This document shows, in pieces, positions 16,467 through 30,903 of a stretch of DNA of 64,000 nucleotides. The notes beneath the pieces were generated by a model that saw nothing but the letters and a program-made list of their open reading frames with translations, had not been told where the DNA came from and ran no database searches. Origin of the DNA: Paramecium tetraurelia (lineage: Eukaryota); assembly GCA_000165425.1 (NCBI GenBank), contig CT868529.1, forward strand, positions 186,001 to 250,000, read 5' to 3'. The position numbers were made by a program, and so were the translations under genes. Every line of letters begins with the position of its first letter. Position 1 is the first letter of the stretch.

Positions 16467-18063
16467 ATGTTAAATAAATATTTTTCATTTTATAAGGTTT
16501 GTAGAGAAAAGAACAAGCTTTATAATTACATCAAAAGTGTATTTGTAGAAAAAATAGAATAAATAGAAGATAGTTTAATCTATTCAAATGACTTACCATA
16601 TGCGGTACTGAGTTTAGAAAACTCAAGATTTATCAATCCTAATATTGGATAAAAATTAGCAAACACTGCAAAGTTAGTTTTTCATAACAATGATTTATCG
16701 AAGTTAAAATCTGCTTAATTTGCAGTTGAAATTCTAAATTCTTTATACTAATATGCTGATAAATCAGACGCTGAATTGTATAAAGAAATTTATAAATTTT
16801 ACTAAAACCATCCTTATTTATTTGATAAAAATTTGATTACCAGATTGTAATATTACTATCACCAGTTGGCAGAGAATGCTCATTTTGAAGATTTAGTTGA
16901 AATAGGCCGCAGTGTTGGTTCCATCACTAACACCAGAATGTTTACCCCAGTAGTCTTGGATTTATATAACATAAAGAGATAAAGCTATTGGAATTTAATT
17001 GTCAGATATGATCCAGACAAATTGACTAGCACAGCCACTTTGACTCATAAATCTGGAATTACTATTAGAATGCAGGGTGTCTATCCTAATAATTATGAAG
17101 ATATCACAGATACAAAACAAATGATCGCTGAGAAAAGGTTTGATGCGGTTATTTTGAATTCTGCTCCTGTGTCTATTGCACAAATAGATGAGAATAAAAA
17201 ATTTGATATAATAAACAAAATCACTAGCAATCTAGAAGCTAATAGGATTTTTAAGGATAAAGTTGAATAAGTTTTAGTGACTGATTTCGAACCTATTATT
17301 GAAGAATTAAAAAAGAATTTCAGAATAGATAATTCAAAATAAATCCTCACAGGTGTTTAATAAGGTTTTGAAGTGCCATACACTCTAGAATCACTAATAT
17401 ACTAATTTTCTACACAAAAAAAAGAATCAAATTAACCTCATTTAATTTTAGGGGGATTAGGAATTGAAGACAAATTAAGATTGTTCTTAAATCAAATTAA
17501 CCCTTAAAAAATAACTAATGAATTATAAACACTTAGATTCAAATGGCTAAATCAAGTTTTTTCACATGTTGCAAAAGCTCAAAAGATAGGATGTTTTGTT
17601 TGTGGTACATAACCTGAGGCTATCAATCCTCCTTCAAAGATCTTGAATGAAAACCCAATTATATTGAATTTTCAATCAAAATTTTTGGCTGATATCACTC
17701 TAAAATACATTGGAAATAGTACTAAAAAGGATATTTTATTAATTTTAAACTAATCAATATTTTATGACACTCTAAAACACATTGTCGAGGCTGAGATCAT
17801 TAAAAATGATTTTAGTATTGATGAATATCGATCTAATCTCATTAAACAAAAATTAGGGGTATCGCCCTTAAATCAAAATTATCTAAATTTATTTAAGTAA
17901 TTTTATGAAGAGTAATTTATTAAATATTATATCTAGTTCCTTAGAGACAAATTAGATCTATAAATTATGCTCTTAAGAGATACTAGACTTGAATAAAATC
18001 TCAAAATTAAAATATATACCAGGATAGTAAATTCGCTGTGGTATAAGAGACATTTTATTTTGA
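16467..18063 (+). CDS. Hypothetical protein (about 520 aa)
   Basis: Long code-6 ORF containing ORF-track fragment 17022-17270. A 25-nt intron (17912-17936) leads to a TGA at 18061-18063. No confident domain. Confidence 0.7.
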
Positions 18064-18114
18064 AAATATTTGTGTAAATTAATAAAAAGAATTTATATTA
18101 AAGAAAATAATCTA

Positions 18115-21100
18115 ATGCATAGTACAGAGATCCCAGATCCTTAAAAAATAGAAGAAGCATTTAACATAATTATGAACTCTAAAAATCAATAGAATGGAAA
18201 AGAGGCAGATTCCTATTTGAGAAATTTAGAATAAAACTATCCATACATTTTAGTGTCGCTATTGTAGATTTTTGAGAATAGTTAGGTATTTCTTTGCATC
18301 ATTATTTTTCTAAAGGTTTACCTAAATAAATTCTAAGCATTATTACTAATTAAAAATGTTATAGTGAGAAATTGGACTAAGTGTTAAATAAAGGATAGTC
18401 AAAAATTCTAAAATATTTCAGAGGAATTAAAAACTCATGTGAAGGATAAAATAGTCTCATTTTTGGGAGTTGTCTAAGATGATAAATTCAAAACTGAAAT
18501 TAATCTGATCATATCAGTCATAGCTAAGCATGATTTCCCCTTAAAATTTTAAGGATTGGTAAACTATTTTGCTTAAGGACTTAATACAATTGTACAAAGT
18601 GGATCTGCTAACTCTGCTATGACTTATGATTTGATTGTTTCCCTCAAAGTGGTTTAGTAAAGCGTAATTTAAAATAGAAATAGTATTTACATTGAATTAT
18701 CATTTAGCTGCTTTTAAACTATAATAAATGCAATTCTTTTTAGTTATTTGGAATAACCTACAGCATCTTTGGAAGAATATTACCTCAATATAATAACAAG
18801 AATTGCAATAAAATATTAACAATTACTCCTTTGTTAATAAAATCTCTAAAAAGTTAGATAGACTGTTATCATTATCAATAATGTCCCTAAATTAAGAATA
18901 AGACCAGTAACTATATAATCCAATTATATTTTAGAGAAAAAATACAGTTAGTATTTATGTTATTGTTGGAGAAAACAGCGATTCTCTTAAAAAATGTTTA
19001 GTAACAAAAGCTATTATAGCCAAATCTTAAAACCTTGATTCATAGTTTAGGTAATATTTAAAGTCTTTTCTCATTCAGTATCAATTAAGGTTTTTAAGAT
19101 TACTTAATACTATTAAAGTTAATAATATAGAATGAATGGGAAGACACAAGAGTTTTAAGGACTGGTTTAATTGGAATCTTCAAAATACTCAAGTCCTTAT
19201 TGTTTTTTAGAGATGAACAATTTTATAAAAAGAAATTATAGGAGGCTAATTCGGAGCAATTTAAATAAACAATCCAATCGATTAATTAACTCTTAAACTC
19301 GTTCTTTTAAGAAAACATGTAATTCTTTATTGAATAACTCATAAAAATTGCTGCCATTCCAACAGACCTTAGTGATGAGGAATTGATTGAATAAGAAGAA
19401 GACTTAACAATTGATGACGCCAAAAATGAAATGCAATGTCCAATTTTTACTATTTGTCTAATATGCTAAGATCAATTGATGCAAAGATTTCCAGAGCAAT
19501 TCATTTAGAAAATCACAGAAATAATGCAACAGTTAATAAATAGCAATTTTAATGCAAGTTAATAAATTTTGGAGAGCTTCTTTGCAATATTGGGATCAAC
19601 ACCAAGATTAACTACAAAATTGAAAGTTTAACCAATATAAATTCAACCTGTTTTATAGTATTTAATAAAAACAAACACTATTTAATGCTAGAGAAGGTTT
19701 GCATTCTTATGTAGAAGCTATTGTAATTGTTTTAGCGATTCTGAATTACCTTAAATTTTAGAATATGCTAGATTATTATTAAGCAACTCATAAGATTAGA
19801 TAGTTTAATATTAAACTTTGATGTGCATCAAGAGTATTATTTAATATTTAGGCCCAAATTTCGATTTTAGAAATGTAATATTTCTTGAATAAGTTGCTCC
19901 TGTAATTGTTAAACTATTGTGCAATTTATAGAAGTCAAATATTTTATGGCCATTATTATCGTTGTTAGAAATTTTAATTTAAAAATATTCAGAAACTAAT
20001 GCAAATTCGATGTAAATTTTGATTAAAGTGATTGAAAACTCAGATATATTGATATTAATGAAAACTAAATCATAATTACTAATAGGAGCCTTGTGTGATA
20101 TGTTTTTAGCTTTATTTGTGTCCTTTCCTTTAGGAACCAACTTGAGTCATCTATATAAGTTAGCCATAATTCTGATTGATAATAATTTAGACTCAAAAGA
20201 AAACAACATTTTTGAATTACTGTAGTTTTTATTACAAGAATATGATCCCATTTCAGACAACAATTAAACAGGCATCCTATTTAGCAATTTGTACTTAGCA
20301 CATGAGAAGGAGCTCTTGGAAGATACAGAATTTAATCATATGTCAACAATATTAAGAATAATTGAAGAATTGTTATTGTTAAATCTCATTCAATTGACAC
20401 CAAATATCTTTAATCTTCTATAAGAACGATTATCAATTGCTTAATAAATTGATTGCTATGATATTGCTATGATTTTAAAGAAGAGTTGCATAAGTTTATT
20501 GGAAACCATAATATTGAAACAGTTCGATAGCATTACAGTTCAACAAAACTAATAGATCATAGTATTTTTAATCTAAGAATTGATTAAGTTAAACGGAGGT
20601 GATTAAATCGATCAGATGTATTACACTATTTAATACAAGAATAATATTTTGGAAATCCTCAATAGATTTTTACTAAAGGATATTGTTAGTATGATTTAGG
20701 TATTAAATACTGTTTCAATATCAGCAGATTCATACTTTATTTTGTGGTAAGATACTGCTTAACATATTACAAACAGGGGCAACAGAAAAATAAATGTCAT
20801 TTCTTAATTGCTCTTCCTAAAATATCTTTCAAAACCTACCTTTGAGAAAGTGTTTTAACATATGCTCTCAGAAGCATTCCCAGAAATCGATTACGATTTC
20901 GAACTAAGATCTAAGGAATTTAGAGATTTACAATAATAAAACAGAAAAAAATTAATCAATTCCAGATAAAGCAGACTGTCTAAATAGTTTAGAAATAACC
21001 ATAGGAAAGAAGTTTTATAAGAACTTTGCTTATATGATGAAACATTTAATCTAAGGTAGTTCTTCTTTTCAACAATATAGGTAATTTTATTTATATTTAA

Positions 21101-21200
21101 TTAGGAATGCATGAAACTCCATAATTACTCTGAATTAACTTAGATTATCAACATTCAGTCAGTAATAGACAAGCTGAATCAATTGATTAATGAAAAATGA
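18115..21200 (+). CDS. Importin-beta (karyopherin) family protein with IBN_N domain
   Basis: EADSYLRNLE...ALLLIKNVIVRNW...LIISVIAKHDFP followed by about 1000 aa of HEAT-like helical sequence. TGA at 21198-21200. Subfamily (importin-7, importin-11 or Cse1-like) not resolved. Confidence 0.8.
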
Positions 21201-21267
21201 GAGAGTGTGAATAATATAAATGTATTAGTTGTAATTTAATGTATGTTTATATATTGTACAGATGAGA

Positions 21268-21703
21268 TCATTCTTTTTTTTCTTCTGCTCTTACTTTGCC
21301 TTTGCCATTAGTCAATCTAACATTGAGTTCAGCTGCTCTTCTTACAAGTGTAGCCCTTTTTCTGGCTGAGAGATTATGAGCCAATTCACCTGCAAAAGTT
21401 CTATTATTTGTAAGTAATAATTCAAGATCCTTTTCATTTGTGATTAATAATTTTCTGAAGCCACTCTAATCCAAATATCTAATTGGTTGTTATTTTATTA
21501 TACCTTGTTTTTTTATCACCTCTATGACCAGCTTTTGGCATGGGTCTATTTCCTCTAAATCTTCTTCTGACTCTGTTATCAATACCTCTTGGTCTTCTCC
21601 AACTAGGTCTTAATTTGTGTGGGTAGTCTTCTGATTCAAATCTAACAAATCTCTTTGTTCTCTTGTGAACAATTCTTTTGTGTGCTAGTGCTTTGACAAC
21701 CAT
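21268..21703 (-). CDS. RPL32: 60S ribosomal protein L32 (eL32)
   Basis: [17 protein letters not shown]...[18 protein letters not shown]...[12 protein letters not shown], then a 25-nt intron (21479-21503), then [18 protein letters not shown]...[14 protein letters not shown]. Confidence 0.97.
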
Positions 21704-22293
21704 TTTTAATTAAATAAAAGATTTTATTTCAAATATACATCTTCATTCTCAGTAATAATAAAAAATGACCAATATACCTCTACTCACAAAAGGTCATCTT
21801 AACTTGAGAAATTAAGACTATTGACAAGCATAACCCCATGATCAATATAAAAATTCATCTAATTATTTCTGGGTAATTATAAAAGAGAAGGATGGAAATA
21901 ATATATCTAAATCTAGTATAATGTATATAATTAATCAAGCACAGAAATCAATAGTTATTTTTTGATTTAAGTTTTATCATCAGATTATATATATTGATTC
22001 CTCTTTCCTATGAGAATAATCTTAAAACTGATATATTTAGAAGACTCATTATAAAATCAATAAAACCTAAAGAAAAATTAGTAGAAAATAATTTAACTGT
22101 TCATATTTTCCTTTGTAAAATAATTGGGATGTAAAAGGTTTTTAAATCCAGATTTTTAATTGAAAATTATCTTAAACAATTTTTTTTATTTAAAATACTA
22201 TAATGAATTTAAAATTAGATAGATGCTTTATAGAAAGTAAAATTTTATGATTTTTTGAAACTTTATGTTTATTTTATAATCAATTTGTAATAA

Positions 22294-23131
22294 TCATAAC
22301 ATTTGTATATTTATACATTTTTTGTTAAGACTATTGAAATTACGGTTTTTGAAATTTTTCTTACTTTTAAATTTCCATTTTTGAATTCTTTTCCTTTTCA
22401 ATTAAAAATTACTTTTTTCTTCATCACCAATTGCAGTTAACAAATTTACTTTAGTTTGAATTAAATTTAATATCTATTGATGATTAGAATGAGATACTTT
22501 GTTTGTTGTTTCATTTTAGACATTCTAATGATTATTATTAAATTATTAAATGGCCTTCAATAACTCGAATTTTGAGAATGACCAAAATTCTGAGTCTAAT
22601 GTTACAAATAATATTAAATCGATATATTTTGTTTATTCCTCTTAGAGAAGATCACAGATAGTAGTGAGATTCATGTCAAAATGAATGAGATTCAAAATTT
22701 ACAATTCCATTTCAAGAAAATCTTCTTTTGAGTAAGTACCATTTCCCAAGAGTATACAATCTTACAAATTAAACTGAAATAAGCTTTAGCATTCATTATA
22801 CTACAATATTAATCTATAAAACCTTAACAGAAATGAAGAATGATGTAATGGCAATAAGCAAAATGTTATTTAAATTACAACTCTTTTATGTTAAGCATAT
22901 TTAAATAATTTAGGCAGCTAGCTCGGTGGTCTTTAAACTTAAGTTATTGGATTCACATAACTAATTTTCAATATAATAATATCCTTTTACCCTATAAATC
23001 CATTGTGTTAAAGTTTCCACCTTTTCAATCAGTTAGTCTGGTCGAGTGTTTAACTCCAGTTCAAAATTTCTGTTCATAGAGAAATAATTGAGATTTTATT
23101 AGAATTGAAAAGTTGGGATTATTTATATCAT
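22294..23131 (-). CDS. Divergent cyclin (cyclin N-terminal box)
   Basis: LTQWIYRLCESNNLSLKTTELAAQII...LLIAITSFFISVKYNE...YSKEDFLEMELQILNLIHFDMN. Two introns (29 and 22 nt). Basic C-terminal tail. Confidence 0.82.
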
Positions 23132-23952
23132 CTTTTGAAATAATGCAAAATGCTTTATATAATTGAAAAATATCTTTATGTTAATAACAATATTATAAGG
23201 TAAACATCATAATATGTTAATAGTATCAATGTAAAAGATATCATAAAATATAACTTAATAAAACTAAATCAGAGATTATACAAATTGAGGTAAGTGGCTT
23301 ATAAACCCCAAAAACCAATTGTTTCAATTTGGGTTGGTTTAGTATAATTTAGATTAATTATATTTATATAAAGCATTGCAAAATTGTTGCCTTCATGTGA
23401 CAATTTATAATCTATCGAGATAATAATAAAATAATTAATTTGTTTTGGATTCCTGAAATAACAATTTAGTATTTGTTTATTTCAAAAATTGATATATTTG
23501 TTTAAATTTTTTTCTTAAAGAATATTAAATCATACTATTAATTGTCTAATTTATCAAGAGAAAAGAAACTAGGATAATGAGAAATTGTAAATTTCAAAGA
23601 GGTAATTAATATTTTTAATATTAAAAATACACCAACTTATTTGTAAACTAATAAAATATTGTATACAGATTAAAAGAATTTGTTAGAATTAATTCAAGAT
23701 CTAAATATTCGTAACAGATTAATGCTTTAAATCAAATCAAAAGTGTCCTTTTTAAGTTAGTTGTAGCCAAAAGATTTCTATCATTATGTTTGAGAGATTA
23801 AAAAATCATTGAATTATAAGATGTTATTCTATTTCTTAGACTAATTGGCTTTACTATCTCACTCTTCCTTTAGAGATAATATTTTTAAATATAACATATA
23901 ATAAGATAATAAAGCTTTGATAAAATTAATTGATTATAATTTAATATAAATT

Positions 23953-26900
23953 TCAAACTTCTAATTAGATGACTTCTGTTGAATGATGGGTGTCTCTCAT
24001 ATATAGTCCAATGAGATTTGTTGCTTTCTCAAACATGTTCGTCCTTAATGAAACAATGATGAATTGAGAATCTATTTTATCTAAAAATTCTGCTACAATT
24101 TTAACATTTTTAAAATCTAAGGCAGCATCAATTTCATCAAGTATGTATATTGGAGTTGGTCTATAAAAATGAATTGCCAACATTAAACTCAAAGAGGCTA
24201 ATGTTTTTTCACCTCCTGATAATTTAGAAATCTACTTCCATGTTTTATTTGGAGGTTTGACCATGAATTGTAATCCTTCCTTAAAAATTTCTAATTCATC
24301 AATTACTTTTATTTCAGCTTCCCCTCCCATACTGAGATGCTTATAAATTTCTTATAATTTCAATTCAACATTTTTTAAAGTTTTGGCAAACTGAATTTTT
24401 CTTTCTTGAAATAGATCCTCATTGCGTGATTTTTCTTATTAAAAATTGATTTCATCATCCTTTGCCCTTTTTAACTTAATTTCATAATCTATTGATCTGT
24501 CCATAAAGATTTTCATTAAATTCTTGTCTTTATTTTTATTATCAGAGGTTCCTAATTCAGTATAGATATCAATTAAGTTTTATTATTTGGCAAATAATTT
24601 ACTTGCATCTTTTATGAGTTAAATATCTTTAGGTATTTATTCTGGCAAGAACTCCTCAATTCCTGCTGGAATAAAGAATTCCCTAAATTTTTAATAATAC
24701 TCATTTCTGACTTTTTAGATTTCTGTTAATAATTACTAACAAAAGATGTTATCTTGATGGGTTTAAAAAAATAAATTAGGATTTCCAGAGTCTGAATTAA
24801 AAGCTAAAAAGTACTCTTTATGTTCTTCTATCAATTCCTTTTGCTTGGTTCTATTTTTATCTTAATCTTATTTTTCTATGTTCTTTTTTAAGATAAATGC
24901 TTGTTTTTTATCTTCTGTTTCTTCAATTACTGTATTAATGGAAGTAATTGTTTTTACTAGATCATCAATTTATTTAGAGAATATTGCTTATTATGCTTTG
25001 ACTACATTTAATGAGCTTTGTAATCTATGTAGTTATTGTTTATGTCCTTCTACAACATTACTGTCCTAATACTTTTTATCTTATATTCGTTTTAATTAAT
25101 CCTTCAACCTTTCCAAATTTTCAGCTTCCAATTGAATATTTTAAGTATTTTAAACAATTTTTTTACCTGTAATAGTTTTTTAAGTAATAACCTTAAGGAG
25201 TTCTTACTAATAGGTTTCGAATGTTTGAGTGTAATTACTAAACATATCTTTAGCAGAATTGAGATCTTGGTTGGCAATCTCTTTTAATTTATCATCTATC
25301 GCTTGCAGATCTTATTAATCTAAACAAATTTTATTTTGTATTTTCTCTATTTCTCTTTACACAACTTCAATCTCTTTTTTAACTTCTTAATTTTTCTATT
25401 AATTATAATGGCATTCTTAATATTGAATCTAAAGGATTTCCATTTGCTTTTTATTATCATTAATTTATTCTTAGAGCATATTTTTATCAACTAATCTTTA
25501 TTTGTGTTTAGAATTGACCATTTCCTCATCCGACAAGGTTTCTCTTAACTTTTTCTCAAGTGCTAAGATTTCAAATTTAGTTTGATCCAATCTCTCTTTA
25601 AGAAGGTTTCTTTCCCTGATTAATTATTCTCTTTAATCATTAGAAAGTTCCTCATAAAATTTACTAGACATTCCTCCTTTCCTCTGTTCTGGACCACCTG
25701 ACATCACTCCACTTTACTCTACTAGTTTTCCATCTAAAGTTACCACTCTTTTTCTTTAGCCTATTCCAATATCTCTTGCAATCTCTATGTTATCCACCAC
25801 TAAAGTATCTCTCAATAAATTATAGAAAACTCCTCTGTATTTAGTATCTTTAAAATTGATCAAATCAAATAATCTAAGAGTCTTATCAAGTGGTTTAAAA
25901 GGTCTTTCCATAAATTAAATAACATTATCAGGAACCTTGTTTATGGGTATGAATAAGGCTCTGCCAATTTAATTCTACTTTAAAAAGTTAATACAATCTA
26001 CAGCATCTTAATCATTCTCCACTACTATACCATCCAAACCAGGACAAGCTGTTGTTATAGCACATTCGTATTTAGGATCAATTGTTCCTAAATCTCCCAA
26101 TCTTCCGCAAATTTTTAATTGACCTGCTTAGGATGCTCTTATTAATGCCCTTAATACTGTGGAATATTAATTTTTCTCTTTTCTATCTTCATTGTTTTAA
26201 TCCAACCTTTCTTACTTTTAAGCAATGTCATTAGTCAATCTTTTCTCTTCGGCCTTCCTCTCACTTAACTCTTTTAATGTCTTATCCTTTGAGTCTCTTA
26301 TCAAACTTTACAAATCTAATTGTCTCTCTATGTAGCTATTGATTTGTTCTATTTAAATTTATAATTAAGCTGTTTTTTTATCAAACTAATCAAGTTGATT
26401 TAAAAATTCATCAGGACTCTTACTAGTTCTTTCTTTTTCTAATTATAATTTCTCTAGTTAAACTTATAAATCATGAATCTATTTATTGAATGGCTTAAGC
26501 TTCTACTCTAATTCCTCTTTCTATTTCATTAGAAATCTTGATTCAACTTTGAGATCTGTCTTCAATTTATTATAATGAGTTTCTGCAATATTTTTTTCCT
26601 TTTCTATTTTATCTACCTTATTTTATTTTTCTGGAATCATCTATTCAAATTTTCTTTAATCCTACTCCAAAAGCTCCTTTTCCTTTATTAAATCATCAAT
26701 TTATTTCTATAATTTATTGATATTCAATTAACATTCTAACTCTTCATTCTAATCATACTTATTATTTATTGAATTTATTTCTAGATTAATAATCTTCTAT
26801 TAATTTTCATTATCCTTTATTTCTTAATCAATCCTATCTTTTTCTCCCCTTAAAATTTTCAAATCATCCATTTATCTCTATCTGCATTCAGTTTGCAATA

Positions 26901-27621
26901 GAATTTCAGCATTTTCATTCATTATTTCATCCTCCAACTAACATAAAATCTACTCCTTTTTTAGGATTTCGATCTAACAAAGTTAAACCCTAAAAATTCT
27001 GCTGTAAACACTCTTAACAAATTCAGCCAAATCTACCATACCCTTTATTTCATTTAAAGTGTGCTAAGCAATATTTGCCTTTTCTTAGGATTCAAAATAT
27101 CTGCTTTAAGATATCTACTTCTTTTTAAAAGATTCCTCCATCTGCTCCTTCTAATATTCTTCTTCAATATATTCCAATAAGCCTGGCTATTCGAAATTCC
27201 CAGACTTTGGTTTCATCATACTGATTGATTCCACCTCCCCTTGCAAAATTATGAATTTATTAGTGGCATCTATATTCTTAGATTTCAAATATTAATGTAA
27301 CTTCGCTTGCTTAACTGGTTCATTATCTATGTAGACTTCAGTTGTATTTCCTCTTATTGTTCTTTTTAACACGAATCCCTCAAATACAACTTCGACTCTG
27401 CATTCTGACATTCCTGCTGAAATCAACTAAGAGACAGTTTTACACCTCATAGAAGTAGCTCTTTTTCCAAATACAAATTATATTGCATCTATAAAATTTG
27501 ATTTGCCTGACCCATTAGGACCTATTATGGAGTTGAAATGTGATCCACAAATAATGCGATGTTCCCCATAATAAGATTTAAAATTCTCCAAAATAACTTC
27601 CTTAATCATATTTTCTATCAT
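23953..27621 (-). CDS. SMC4: Condensin subunit SMC4
   Basis: ILENFKSYYG; Walker A IIGPNGSGKSNFIDAIQFVFGKRA; FIILQGEVESISMMKPK; hinge GRLGDLGTIDPKYECAITTAC and VTLDGKLVEQSGVMSGG; signature/Walker B LSGGEKTLASLSLMLAIHFYRPTPIYILDEIDAALDFKNV. Confidence 0.93.
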
Positions 27622-27791
27622 TTAATTTTCTACTCAAAATATATCTATATATGAAAAAATCATTAAAATATTTTTTAAAGTGAATTATAAAATTTGTATC
27701 AGATGTCTCAAATTATTTGTTTAATAAATAATATATAATTTATTTTTTATACAATTTATACTAAAGCACATATATATCATAATTCTGTTTT

Positions 27792-30623
27792 TCAATTATC
27801 CACATACATGCTACTATGAATATTATTTTGACTTGCCCCTTTTTTATTTGGGATGCAATATAAATGTTTTTTTTGTCGTTTTCTATTTATTTAGAACAAC
27901 ATTTTTTTCCTTTTAATTGTAAATAAATCTTTAATAATATTGCTCAAATTAAATTGCGCATCATAGAATTCAAACTCTTATTGAGAATCTATTGAATATT
28001 CATGCTTATCAAAAATCTCTCTTACTATATCTAATTCAATGAGTTTTATTTATGATGGCTCAAGCCTTATAAGTCGAGTAGAAGGCGGAGGTGTTTCTTG
28101 CACCTATTTGCTATTTTATCTGCTAATATTTAATTTGCTATCTTAATTGGTATCCTTTAAATCTTCGAATTCATTAACGATTTTCTAACTGGAGACATTA
28201 ATGGTTTACTTCTTTGTCCCCCTTGTTACCTTGATTCGCATCTGAGATATGCCGGGCTCTTACTAAATTTTATTCACCACTTTTTAGACTGAGTGTTTCA
28301 TATTATTCCCCTTTTGAGATTGAGATGACAACTAATGCTTTAATTAAGTTCCAGAATTATCAGGAGAATTTATTGATTCTTGATCGTCTGATACGGATTG
28401 ACCATCTCCGGCAAAATTCATTTCATCAACCCTATTAACTGTGAAAAATTCACTATCAGGAAGTAAGTCAGAATATAAGTAGTTCTAATTACCATACTCT
28501 AGGATGTTCCGCTAAAGATATCTTAAATTTAACAATGCTTTGTTTGCTTATAGTTTTTGTGCATTCTGCCGCTACAGAAAGAGTCTCTTCTAAACATCAT
28601 TGTTTGCCTTCTTTTTAAAGAGTGTTATGCTATTTGGAGTGTAGAATACAAAAGGGCATTTGGTAAAACTATGATTTTGAAAGCAAAGTTCACATCCACT
28701 AAATTTGATTCTTCCACCAAACTAGATTTAGTGTTTAATTCTATAATATTTTTCTAAATCTTCTTTGTTTTACTTCAATAAACTTAGAACATCATCAAAA
28801 GTAACGTAAGCCAATTTAGAGAATTTCACAGCTCTTGATGTAAATTAAGCACAATTTTACGAGATAAACCCCTTCTCATCTATGGCTTACTTCCTTTTAT
28901 ATATCTTGATTAATTTATTATTCCTTAAATAGGCTTCCACCTCGCCTTTTAATATAAAATATATTTTATCTACTTGTTGTCCTTCCTAAAATATCACTTC
29001 CTCTGGTACAAAACTCTGCTCTTTAACTAACAAACATAGGTTTGCAATAAAATCTCCTGAGAAATTTTGTCTAAACAATTTCGATTAATCAAAGAGAGTT
29101 TTATAGAAATCTATTTTCACTTCCCTGATTAAAGTGCCTGATAAATGTTCCATCAACTTTTCACATTCAGAATCTGTATTCTTTTAAGTTTTTAGATAAT
29201 ATTCAAAAAATTTCTTAACTTTAACTTAGAGATCTTTATTGAGTCCTCTTCTTTTAATAAAAGAATCAATCATAGTCATTTTGTCTCTTAAATAGTTTTT
29301 GTTTTCTGACATTTAAGCAAATATTCCTCCAATGCTCGATATTGTATAACCAAAGATGATTGAACTTAAAAGAGTTACAAAGATAACGAACAACTTTTCA
29401 ATTTGTGTAACCTACTAATATAACATTACATTACCGGGGTAATATCGCCATAACCAATAGTAAGTGTTGTAATACATGCCCAATAAAAAGACGTTATATA
29501 TCTACTGATCCAATCGGTTTCTAATTCAGCTTTATCAACCCAAGTAAAAATGGAATCCGAAAATAAATGTTCCTGAACAGCTATAAAATGCCAAACGCAT
29601 GCAATTAAGTGAGATGCAAAGAGAAATGTGGCTAACAAAGAGACTAGATCTATCACAGCTGCGAAATTTACTCTCAGATTCAAGGTTTCCACTAGATTTT
29701 CAAAGATGAACATAATCTATTTATTTTAATTGATTTACTCTTGAAATTCTGAATAATAATACGAATTCAATATAAGGAACGTTTGATCTTCCAATCATAA
29801 AAGGAATGAGAACTATGAAATCAGTAATAAATTTCCCTCTCAAATAGTGTTTCACTATTTAAACTTAATTTAACACTAAGACTCCACGACTATAATATGC
29901 AACATTAAAATTCAATAAAATTTCGCATATAAATACATATTAAGGCAAGGTTTCCAAGAAAAAGTCGATTCCACTGTTAGATCCTTATATTTCAAATGAT
30001 ATTTTTAATGGAATATAAATAATATTGATGATTAGGATGGTAAAAACAAAAAGATCCCAAAGCAATTTTAATGTATGATCTGGTGTAATAGGCGATACTC
30101 TTATACCAAGTCTTCTCAAAAGGTTTATAATCTTCTTCGTAAACATCTTGAGGTGAAACTCATAATTACTTAGCCATATTTACGCAAAATTGCTTCTTTG
30201 TTTTGGCTCGAATTAATCGCTTGTTCAAATAATAATTATAGTCTGCTGCTTGATCGCCAATAACTTTGAATTATCTTAATTCCAAATATCTCAATTTAAA
30301 TTTGTCTGAGTTTGTCAATAAATATGTAACAAATCTCGCTACTAACACTATAACATTCAAAGCTCTTTCTTTCCAAACTTTATTTTTGAATCCTTGAGTA
30401 AACTTTATTGGAATTTCGTCTGATTCATTCGATTGAACACTATCACTAGGTTCATTTGAAATCTAAATTTTATCTAATTTAGTGAAAAGAATAGAAGGTT
30501 TTCTGCCAGCTTCATCTAATAACTATTCATCTAATAATAAAATAATTGATTACTAGGTTAACTATTACGACTAGATAGAATTCTTGGCGTGACAGATAAT
30601 AAATCTGTTTTTGGTTAATTCAT
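27792..30623 (-). CDS. Voltage-gated K+ channel with cyclic-nucleotide-binding domain (EAG/KCNH-like)
   Basis: S1 KLLWDLFV; S5 SHLIACVWHFIA; pore YITSFYWACITTLTIGYGDITP; C-linker; CNBD KEQSFVPEEVIF...IYFILKGEV. Confidence 0.92.
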
Positions 30624-30903
30624 TAATATTATATTTGCTCTTTAAATCTATAGAATATATATAAAAACTTCTATTTAATATTTATATTTTAAGATTATCA
30701 TGTATTCTTTTTAATGAAATCTGCTTATTAAGAACTCTTTATTTTAAATAAATATGCCTATTAGAAATACATAATTTTATGTTATAATCTAATTCATGTT
30801 AATACCTGATATTATACTTAATTCTATTAAATTTATTTTAGAGTATATAAAAGCTTTCCATAGATAAAAACTATAATAATTAAAATATCAATTGAAATAT
30901 TCA

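Noticed and set aside
17380..17640. Faint TraB/PrgY-like motif (LILGDLGIED) in the hypothetical protein
   Set aside because: One short motif only. It needs an HMM search before any call.
21720..22290. Possible snoRNA or gene relic next to RPL32
   Set aside because: No properly spaced C/D or H/ACA boxes and no coherent reading frame.
22560..22660. Suspected frameshift in the cyclin gene
   Set aside because: On re-reading, the frame is continuous (LQEEQTKYIDLILF).
23301..23340. Telomere-like words (aaacccca, tttgggttgg) in inverted arrangement
   Set aside because: Only single degenerate units, not a tandem T2G4/T3G3 array. Expected by chance and insufficient to call a telomere-addition site.
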